Made by a program: the position numbers and the translations under genes. The notes under the pieces were generated by a model. It ran no database searches. It was given only the letters and a program-made list of their open reading frames with translations, and was not told where the DNA came from. Below, piece by piece: positions 15,158 to 22,005 of a stretch of 64,000 nucleotides of DNA. The DNA lies in NCBI GenBank assembly GCA_017543905.1, contig JAFYFC010000040.1, forward strand, positions 114,824-178,823. The letters run 5' to 3'. The DNA is from Clostridia bacterium. Its GTDB lineage: Bacteria > Bacillota > Clostridia > Christensenellales > Aristaeellaceae. Positions within the stretch are counted from its first letter, which is position 1. Each line of letters begins with the position of its first letter.

Positions 15158-16774
15158 TTACGGCGTTACCGCAATTACCGGGCGGACTGCTGTGTTTGTC
15201 ATGGTGATCAGGATATTATTCTGAAACATCACAGTGCCTTTAGCGGTTACGTAGTCGGCAAAGTAAAAACCGTTGTAGGGTGAGCGCAGCCACCAGCCGC
15301 ACTCGCTCATGCCTTTAACGCCGTACCGTTTTATCAGTCCCTGAGTAGAGGCATATTGCGTAGACAAGCACTTTCTTGACGTATCGTCCTTAAAATAACT
15401 GTACTGCTTGTCTTTTCCGAAGGTATCGCAAACCTCGCTTGCGCTAAGCAGCCAGACCTTATCGAAGGTATCGCTGCCGCCCGGAAGGCCGTTTATCGGG
15501 TGGTCTTCGTTTTCGACCTTCGTGGTCATGATTTTTGCTTTCTCTGCGGTACTAAACGCTTCCTCGTAAAAGCTGCCGTTCAGCCATTTTCGCAGCGAGC
15601 TGTTTTCCCACGTGGTATTCAGCACACTTGCGTATTCGAGGTCCTTCATATCGAGCGCGTACTTGCTGAGCAGCACCAGGCTGCCGTCCTCGTTCACACT
15701 TATGACTATCCAGTCTATGGGCTCCTTGCCGTTCTTTTTATCGTCGTCCTGCTCGTAGGAGCCGAAGGTGAATATGTCCCCCACCGCGAAGGCAGGCGCA
15801 GGCGTGGGGCTCGGCGTGGGCACAGGCGTGGGCGCAGAGGCGGCAGTCAGCACGTTTTCAAGCAGCGCGCCTTCGGTTTTAAAGCTCGCGGCGCACGCGG
15901 TCACGCGAAAATCGTACAGGCTGTTTACGGTAAGCCCTGTCACCTTGCAGATTATATTCGCAGTACTGCCCGCAAGCTTCCACGCGCTCTCGCCGCTCAG
16001 CCTGTACTCCACGGTATAGCTCGTCGCGTGCGCGGGCATGTTCCAGATGAGCGAAACGTACGTGTCGCCCGTTTCAAACAGCATTACGCTCTGCACGCTG
16101 CCCGGATTGTCCAGCTCGTTTTCAGGAATATATCCGATCATGGCTATTACGGCGTTCGCTCTTTCAGCGGCGTCGGAATAATTTCCCGCGCTTTGGAACG
16201 CCCAGTACGCGGCGGCGGGATTATTGCCGCGCAGATACGTACTGCCGCGCTCGTAGAGCGTGCGCAGGTTCTGACCAAGCAAAGTATCGTAGCGATCCGT
16301 GGAGTCGAAAAAGTCCATGCATTCAAGGTAGTATTCCAGCGCGGCTTCGGTATTCGAGTCGCGTTCGGCGCGGCGCGCGTTCACGTACGCGGTCAGCTTT
16401 TCGACGCTGCCTATGGGACTGTTGTCGAGCTTGTCTAAAAACTGACTGAACGAGGCCGTTTGGGTGAGTATAAACAGCGAATTTTCGAGCTCGAAATCGA
16501 ATTCGCCGGTCGCCACCTTCAAAAGTACGTTCACGTAATACCAGAACTGGCGGCTCTGCGGGATGCCGCCCAGCTCGTAAAACCGGAGCGCGATAGAGTT
16601 GAGCCGCGCGGGATCTTCCTTGAGCTCCGAGAGATATGCTTCCAGCTCGCTTAGCGTTTTGTTGAATAAATCCTGCTTTTGGGACGAGGTCAGCACCTCG
16701 GCGGACGCGCATTCGAAGCATACGACCAGCGCGAGCAGCAGGCAGAGGGTTATGACGCGTTTAATATGGTTCAT
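15158..16774 (-). CDS. Secreted protein: N-terminal helical domain + fibronectin type III + Pro/Thr linker + DUF6273-like C-terminal domain
   Basis: I prefer ATG 16774 (MNHIKRVITLCLLLALVV.., RBS GGAGG). FN3 block YTVEYRLSGESAWKLAG..YDFRVTA; linker APTPVPTPSPTPAP; C-terminal GSYEQDDD..KEPIDWIV...SLRKWLN...WWLRSP. 538 aa. Confidence 0.75.
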   Translation of the reverse strand: MNHIKRVITLCLLLALVVCFECASAEVLTSSQKQDLFNKTLSELEAYLSELKEDPARLNSIALRFYELGGIPQSRQFWYYVNVLLKVATGEFDFELENSLFILTQTASFSQFLDKLDNSPIGSVEKLTAYVNARRAERDSNTEAALEYYLECMDFFDSTDRYDTLLGQNLRTLYERGSTYLRGNNPAAAYWAFQSAGNYSDAAERANAVIAMIGYIPENELDNPGSVQSVMLFETGDTYVSLIWNMPAHATSYTVEYRLSGESAWKLAGSTANIICKVTGLTVNSLYDFRVTACAASFKTEGALLENVLTAASAPTPVPTPSPTPAPAFAVGDIFTFGSYEQDDDKKNGKEPIDWIVISVNEDGSLVLLSKYALDMKDLEYASVLNTTWENSSLRKWLNGSFYEEAFSTAEKAKIMTTKVENEDHPINGLPGGSDTFDKVWLLSASEVCDTFGKDKQYSYFKDDTSRKCLSTQYASTQGLIKRYGVKGMSECGWWLRSPYNGFYFADYVTAKGTVMFQNNILITMTNTAVRPVIAVTP

Positions 16775-17062
16775 TTCGGCCTCCGGAAGAAGTATGCGGC
16801 TGCACACTTATCCTGTAAATGTTATTCCGTCGTAGAGCCGCAAGGCTTCGCGACAAAGGCTGCTTTCGCGCGCTTAGCGGCGTGCGCAGGAAGCGCTGAT
16901 GGGGTTTTCATATTCAGCGGCAGCGCGTAATCCGCCAGCCGTTTCGCTTATGTTATAACAGCAAGATCGCTTTTTGTAACAGCCATAATTTTTTTCGGCC
17001 ATTGTATGCGCCAAAGGCGCGTACAATGGCGGGGTCACGCGGGATTTCTTGGTTTCGGACTC

Positions 17063-17154
17063 GGGTTACGGGATTAGGGTTACGTGGGATTGGGATTTAG
17101 GTTACGGGATTTGGATTTGGGTTTCGGGATTAGGATTACGGGATTAGGGGATTT
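17063..17154. repeat. Degenerate G-rich heptamer tandem repeat (GGGATTA/GGGTTAC, telomere-like)
   Basis: About 13 units: GGGTTAC GGGATTA GGGTTACGT GGGATT GGGATTTA GGTTAC GGGATTT GGATTT GGGTTTC GGGATTA GGATTAC GGGATTA GGGGATTT. Ends 3 nt before the stop codon of the 17158 gene. Confidence 0.85.
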
Positions 17155-17157
17155 ATT

Positions 17158-18786
17158 TTAGAAAAGCCGGGCACGCACTGCGGGGACGACGCTGCTGAAA
17201 GTGTCGCTGACACTGCTGCCATCGACGTCGACATCGCCATAGTCGAAGACACGAGCGGCGTTCACGGAGGCGGAGCCGGGGGACCGAAGCCACCAGTAAC
17301 ACGCGCCGTTATTGCTCCTCGCTCCCTGAGCCTTGGCGTACGCAGTGGGCTGCTTTATCAGCCTGTCTTCGCCGTTCCAGCGATAATTAGATCCCGTATT
17401 CTTGTCTATGCTGTAATACTTTTCTATCTCTTCAAGGCTGAGCAGGAACACGTAATCGCTCGTGTCGTTTCCGCCCTGCGTGCCGTAATTGGGGTTATTC
17501 GCGTTTTTGTTCTTCGTGACCACTATCTTTCCGCGCTCGCTCGTGTTGAAGGCGTTATTGTAAAAGGTGTTTTTGAGCCAGCTTCTGAGCGAGCAGGTCT
17601 CCCACGTCACGTCTTTTCTATCTTTATTGTACGGTCTGCAGTCCAGCGCGTATCTGCTTATAAGCAGGCAGGTGCTGTCGCTTTCGACGTTCAGTACCTC
17701 CCACTCGATGGGTTCCTTGCCGTTTGAGGTATTGTTATCCTGCTCGTACGCGCCGAAGGTGACTATATCCCCTACCTTTACCTTGGGAGCGGGCGTAGGC
17801 GTGGGTGTGGGCTTCGGGGTGGGTTTAGGCGTGGGCGTTGGTGTGGGCGCAGCGGTGAGCACGGAGGTAAGCTGCGCGCCTGTGGTTTTAAGACCGGAGG
17901 AATAGGCGGTAACCAAAAAGTCGTAAGACTGAGCGGGAACGAGGTCATTTACGGGATAAGAGGTGTTCGCAGTCTCTCCCGCCTGTAGCCACGCGGAATC
18001 GCCGGTCACGCGGTACTCCACGGTATAGCGGGTGGCGTGCGCGGCCTTGTCCCAGGAAAGGGTGACGGAGGAGGTATTTACGGATTTTACCTTCAGGTTT
18101 TTTACGCTGCCGGGGTTGTCCTGCGCGTTTTCGGGCGTGTAGCCGATAAAAAGCTCTATATTTTCGATACGCGCTTTGGCGTCGCTATAGTTGTTGCTCT
18201 CCAGGTAATAAAAATACGCAGCTGCGAAGTCTCCCGCGGTAAGCGCGGCGGCGGCGGCTTCGTAGGCTTCCCTGTCGCCCTGCATGCGGATCTCGCGGTA
18301 GCGCTGGGGCGCGTCGAAGAACGAGCCCAGAGTGGCGTATATTTCCGCAGCGGCGCCTACGTCGCCGTCGTATTCCGCGCTGCGGGCGTCGTAATACTGC
18401 CTGAGCTTTGCGACCGAGCCGATCGGGCTGTCGTCGTAGTTTTTGGCAAGATGCTGCTCGAAGTCCTGATTGCGGGCGAGCATGTCCATATCGAAGAGGG
18501 ACATATAGCCGAAATCGTCCTGCGCGATGTATAAGAGGATGGCGGTATAGGCGGAGAACTCGCGGCTTTTCGCGTGCCCGCCCAGCGCGTCGAATTCCGA
18601 CTTTATGGCGGCAAGCAGGCGCAGGTCCTCCTGAGCGTTTTCGAGGTAATCCTCGAGCGCCTGCACTGCGATGATGTACTTGTTTTCTTTTTCGGTTCTG
18701 CTCATGGCGGCATGCGCCGTAAGCGCGGGCAGCGCCAGCGTAAGAACGAGCAAAAGCGGAATTATCCTGAATACGAGCCTTTTCAT
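17158..18786 (-). CDS. Secreted protein, paralog of 15158..16774 (helical domain + FN3 + PT linker + DUF6273-like domain)
   Basis: 542 aa, signal peptide MKRLVFRIIPLLLVLTLALPALTAHA. YTVEYRVTGDSAWLQAG..YDFLVTA; PTPTPTPKPTPKPTPTPTPAP; GAYEQDNN..KEPIEWEV...SLRSWLK...WWLRSPG. Confidence 0.75.
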   Translation of the reverse strand: MKRLVFRIIPLLLVLTLALPALTAHAAMSRTEKENKYIIAVQALEDYLENAQEDLRLLAAIKSEFDALGGHAKSREFSAYTAILLYIAQDDFGYMSLFDMDMLARNQDFEQHLAKNYDDSPIGSVAKLRQYYDARSAEYDGDVGAAAEIYATLGSFFDAPQRYREIRMQGDREAYEAAAAALTAGDFAAAYFYYLESNNYSDAKARIENIELFIGYTPENAQDNPGSVKNLKVKSVNTSSVTLSWDKAAHATRYTVEYRVTGDSAWLQAGETANTSYPVNDLVPAQSYDFLVTAYSSGLKTTGAQLTSVLTAAPTPTPTPKPTPKPTPTPTPAPKVKVGDIVTFGAYEQDNNTSNGKEPIEWEVLNVESDSTCLLISRYALDCRPYNKDRKDVTWETCSLRSWLKNTFYNNAFNTSERGKIVVTKNKNANNPNYGTQGGNDTSDYVFLLSLEEIEKYYSIDKNTGSNYRWNGEDRLIKQPTAYAKAQGARSNNGACYWWLRSPGSASVNAARVFDYGDVDVDGSSVSDTFSSVVPAVRARLF

Positions 18787-18815
18787 ATGCGCCTCCGTGC
18801 TGGTTTTATATACAT

Positions 18816-18844
18816 ATTATAGCACAGTAAACAGACGAAGGCAA
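18816..18844 (-). promoter_or_regulatory. Promoter TTGCCT-17-TATAAT (TGn) for the 18786 gene
   Basis: Minus-strand hexamers at 18844-18839 and 18821-18816. Confidence 0.5.
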
Positions 18845-18958
18845 GCGGAGAGAAGGCGGCGAGTACTGAAAAACGAATATTTTTAATCGGTGGATTTAAT
18901 TACCTTAGCGGACGCGCAGCCGACATACGGGCGTTCAGTTTTGAGTTTTCGGCTTGCC

Positions 18959-19648
18959 TCAGCAGGATGAGGCGGCGAGGACGCCCGTTTCAAGCAGCCT
19001 GCCTACCTCGCGGGTGATCACGGCGTGCCCGGATTCGTTGGGGTGGATGCCGTCCGCACACATCAGGCTGTCCAGATTTCTTTCGAAGAGGAAGGCGCTG
19101 CGCAGGTCGAACACGGGACAGCGCGTCTCGTCTGCGGCGGACTGCGCGGCGTAGGCGTATCTCTCCTGCCAGCGGTAGATGTACTCGGTGGTGCCCAGAT
19201 AGCGCATAAGCGCGTCCGAATCCAGACCGCGCGAGAACCACTCGAAGTATCTCTGAGCGCGCACGGGCACGGGCAGTGTGACCAGCGGCTTAAGCCCGCA
19301 CGCGCGCGCCTTTATTATAAGCGCACGCAGGGCATGCCTGAACATGTCCAGCGGCACGCGCGCGTCGTGGAACACGTCCGGACGCGCGGCGACGTCCGCC
19401 CAGACGAGGTCGGAATCGTTGCTGCCCGTCTCTATGACCAGATACGCGCCGTCCGGCTTTTCACATTTTTCGAACAAATCGGCGGCGTCCAGTACCGTGC
19501 CGCCCACGCGCGCAAGGTTTTTGACCCGCGCGCCCGCGTTTTTGAGCACGTTCATAAACGTATCGCGGCAGATACGGTAACGCGCCTGCGCTTCGTCGTA
19601 AACGAGACCCCGCGCAATGGAATCTCCCAGAATAATAATATCGTTCAT
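18959..19648 (-). CDS. SGNH/GDSL family hydrolase
   Basis: 229 aa: block I IIILGDSIARG, block III ETGSNDSD, block V DGIHPN. Confidence 0.8.
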   Translation of the reverse strand: MNDIIILGDSIARGLVYDEAQARYRICRDTFMNVLKNAGARVKNLARVGGTVLDAADLFEKCEKPDGAYLVIETGSNDSDLVWADVAARPDVFHDARVPLDMFRHALRALIIKARACGLKPLVTLPVPVRAQRYFEWFSRGLDSDALMRYLGTTEYIYRWQERYAYAAQSAADETRCPVFDLRSAFLFERNLDSLMCADGIHPNESGHAVITREVGRLLETGVLAASSC

Positions 19649-19734
19649 AATACCTCCGGCGTCCGGTTAAGGAGCAGATGAAATGTTTTCTTTTCGCGGC
19701 GCACTCATATGAAGGCGGCAAGTCCGCGGCGCGT

Positions 19735-19788
19735 TCACGTGCTGGTGGAAAGCCCGCAGCGTGCTCACGTGCTGGCGGAAAGCCCGCA
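19735..19788. repeat. Two tandem 30-bp units with core TCACGTGCTGG(T/C)GGAAAGCCCGCA
   Basis: 19735-19758 and 19765-19788 match at 23 of 24 positions. Each contains a CACGTG palindrome. Confidence 0.8.
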
Positions 19789-19835
19789 CACGCGCGGCGT
19801 GAATCAGGGCGCGAGGCAGCGAATTCTGCGCAAGC

Positions 19836-19929
19836 GCGGCTTTTAATGCGCGCGCTTTAGGAGCCTGCGTCGCTTGCGGCGGGAAAGCTGCCGTCGCCTT
19901 TGCAGCGGCTTTCAATGCACGCGCTTTGA
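19836..19929. repeat. Direct repeat pair GCGGCTTT(T/C)AATGC(G/A)CGCGCTTT(A/-)GAG, 69 bp apart
   Basis: 19836-19860 versus 19905-19929, in the same 480-bp divergent intergenic region. Confidence 0.7.
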
Positions 19930-20030
19930 GCGCCCATTTACGTCATTATAACGCGGAGCGCGGCGGGTGTCACGCTACAGACGGGGCTTTCGGCTCTACG
20001 CTTTAAAAAGCGCCAAATAGATGCGAACGC

Positions 20031-20059
20031 TTGACAATTTGAGTTTTAACGCGTAAAAT
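20031..20059 (+). promoter_or_regulatory. Promoter TTGACA-17-TAAAAT
   Basis: Hexamers at 20031-20036 and 20054-20059, 70 nt upstream of the ATG at 20129. Confidence 0.65.
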
Positions 20060-20069
20060 AGAGGCGGTT

Positions 20070-20082
20070 CTACTCTGAGTAG
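20070..20082. promoter_or_regulatory. Operator-like palindrome CTACTC-T-GAGTAG just downstream of the -10
   Basis: Perfect 6-1-6 inverted repeat. The half-site GTAGAG recurs at 20111-20116 next to the RBS. A plausible autoregulatory site for the downstream XRE protein. Confidence 0.3.
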
Positions 20083-20128
20083 AGCGCAAAAACACACGAT
20101 TATACCCGCAGTAGAGTTCGGAGGCGGC

Positions 20129-20719
20129 ATGGAGAGCGAGTTACTGAAAAAACGGCTGGGCGAAAGCCTGAGTGCGCACAGGAAAAAAGCCGGTTACACG
20201 CAGAGCGAGCTGGGCGAGAAGCTGAATTATTCAGACAAATCGATATCTAAATGGGAGCGCGGGGACGGGCTGCCCGACGTAGGCGTGATAATCGCGCTGG
20301 CGCAAATGTACGGTGTGACGACGGACGAGCTGCTGGGGCTGTCGCCCGCAGAGAAAAAGGCCGTCGAGCCTACCGCAAGGCGCGCGACCAAGCTGCTGAC
20401 GTTCAGCGGGCTTATATGGCTGTGTGCATCGGTGATTTTTATAATACTGGTGCTGTTTGCGCCCAATATGCACAACAAATGGCTGTGCTTCGTGGTGGCG
20501 CTGCCGATAAACGCGGCGGCGTTATGCGCGCTGTTTTTGAAATGGCGCTCGTACGGCTGGGCGTTCGGCGCGCTGTGCGCGGCCATATGGACGGCGTGCG
20601 TGAGCGTACATCTGGTATTCGGCATACGCAATCCACTGATAGTGTACGCCGCGGGGGTTCTGTTGCAGCTGGCCGCGTTCACGGTAAGCGGAATAACGCT
20701 TCTGCACAAGCAGAAATAG
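20129..20719 (+). CDS. Membrane-anchored XRE family transcriptional regulator (HTH + about 4 TM helices)
   Basis: 196 aa: HRKKAGYTQSELGEKLNYSDKSISKWERG, then the hydrophobic segments LLTFSGLIWLCASVIFIILVLF, WLCFVVALPINAAALCALFL, WAFGALCAAIWTACVSV, LIVYAAGVLLQLAAFTVSGI. Confidence 0.75.
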   Translation: MESELLKKRLGESLSAHRKKAGYTQSELGEKLNYSDKSISKWERGDGLPDVGVIIALAQMYGVTTDELLGLSPAEKKAVEPTARRATKLLTFSGLIWLCASVIFIILVLFAPNMHNKWLCFVVALPINAAALCALFLKWRSYGWAFGALCAAIWTACVSVHLVFGIRNPLIVYAAGVLLQLAAFTVSGITLLHKQK

Positions 20720-20731
20720 GCGGAGGCGGTT

Positions 20732-21448
20732 ATGAAAACTGTTTTGATTTCGGGAGGCTCGCGCGGAATAGGCGCAGCGGCGGTTAGAGAGCTTACGAAA
20801 AGCGGCATATGCGTAAGCTTTCTGTACGAAAAAAACGCGTCCGCCGCGGACAAGCTCGCGCACGAAACCGGCGCGTACGCGATACGCTGCGACGTCTCAG
20901 ACCCCTATGCCGTGCGGCAGGCTTATACCGAGGCCGCGCGCAGGATGGGACGCGTGGAGGGGCTCGTGTGCTGCGCGGGGATAGCGCTCAAGGGGCTGTT
21001 TACGGACGTTACGCCCGAAAACTGGCAGCATCTGTGCGGCGTGGATCTGTCCGGAGCGATATATCTGGCGCAGGCGGCGCTGCCGGACATGATACGCCGC
21101 CAAAGCGGCAGCATAGTGTTCGTATCGAGCGTGTGGGGCAGCGTAGGCGCAAGCTGCGAAGCGCATTATTCCGCCGCGAAGGCCGCGCTGCACGGGCTGA
21201 CGCGCGCGCTCGCAAAGGAAGCAGGGCCTTCCCGCGTGCGCGTGAACGCGGTGGCGCCCGGCGTTATAAACACGGAAATGAACGCCGATTTGACGGACGA
21301 GGACGTAAATGCGTTAAACGACGCGACCCCGCTGTGCCGCATGGGCGAGCCGGACGAGGTCGCAAGGGCGATAAAATTTTTACTGAGCGAGGACGCCTCC
21401 TTCATAACCGGCCAGATACTCGGCGTGGACGGAGGGTTTACGGGATAA
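20732..21448 (+). CDS. SDR family oxidoreductase (FabG-like)
   Basis: 238 aa: ISGGSRGIGAA, NAG-like CCAGI, catalytic YSAAKAA, PGVINTEM. Confidence 0.85.
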   Translation: MKTVLISGGSRGIGAAAVRELTKSGICVSFLYEKNASAADKLAHETGAYAIRCDVSDPYAVRQAYTEAARRMGRVEGLVCCAGIALKGLFTDVTPENWQHLCGVDLSGAIYLAQAALPDMIRRQSGSIVFVSSVWGSVGASCEAHYSAAKAALHGLTRALAKEAGPSRVRVNAVAPGVINTEMNADLTDEDVNALNDATPLCRMGEPDEVARAIKFLLSEDASFITGQILGVDGGFTG

Positions 21449-21471
21449 AAAAACGGCTGCTTGCGCAGCGA

Positions 21472-21851
21472 TTCGATCGAAATGAAGCTTCGCTTCATTT
21501 CGATCGGGTGGGTTGCTGCAGCTGATTAAGGTGCTTGGATAAAACGTTCGGCTTTTGGATGGGATGCAGCAGGTTTTGCAGTTTTTTCTGAAATCTCTGC
21601 GGAAATTTCCGGGCGCAAGGCGCACCGCCTCAAATCGCAGATTTGAGCCGATGTGTCCCGTCGAAGGCGGGGTTGATTTGCCAATGGCAAATCAACCTCA
21701 AACTGCAATGTAGCGATTATTTGCTCCGGTCGTCTTCGCTCCCTGCGCAAAAATCGCTCCTCGCGGCGTGCATGCCGCCGCTGCGGATTGAAGTTGGAGG
21801 GGTTCGCCCCTCCAAGCCTCCCCTGCGGGCTTGTGCGCTTCGCTGAAGCCC
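21472..21851. repeat. Intergenic repeat family, copy 2 (about 380 bp; carries an about 80-bp internal insertion at about 21619-21697)
   Basis: Collinear with 14812-15121: same opening hairpin TCGATCGAAATGAAGC-TTCG-CTTCATTTCGATCG, same GGTGCTTGGATAAAACGTTCGGCTTTTGGATGGG block, same tail. The insertion consists of two perfect hairpins. Also lies between convergent genes. Confidence 0.8.
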
Positions 21852-22005
21852 GCGGGGTTGCTGCGCGGTATAATGATTATGTTCTGAAACGGCAGGATTT
21901 TTGCGGCGGATTTGGCGGTTTTTGCCATGTCGTCCCCGCGGCGGCAAAGCCGCCCCTGCGGATTGTCGTAAAATTGCGCAGCGGTTTGCGCCTTTGCAGA
22001 TGCGT

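Noticed and set aside
16998-17030. Perfect-looking hairpin GCCATTGTATGCGCC-AAA-GGCGCGTACAATGGC as a terminator between the paralogs
   Set aside because: The T-run (TTTTTTT) lies 5' of the stem on the plus strand, which puts an A-run 3' of it on the minus strand. So it fits an intrinsic terminator for neither direction of the flanking minus-strand genes. It is noted only as a hairpin.
17031-17155. Considered a CRISPR array or a true telomere for the G-rich repeat tract
   Set aside because: The period is about 7 nt with no unique spacers and no cas genes nearby. It lies inside a gene-dense chromosomal region, not at a replicon end. I kept it as a simple-repeat, G4 or rut candidate instead.
12630-19650. 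Considered calling the whole region a prophage or ICE
   Set aside because: Only the regulatory genes (CI-like, XRE, ImmA) look element-like. There is no integrase, recombinase, replication, packaging or conjugation gene, and I saw no flanking direct repeats matching the tRNA-Ser 3' end.
19667-19915. 82-aa minus-strand ORF with an internal peptide repeat (RAFRQHVSTLRAFHQHV)
   Set aside because: The peptide repeat is the translation of the 30-bp DNA tandem repeat. There is no RBS, the composition is Ala/Arg-rich, and it lies in a divergent promoter region.
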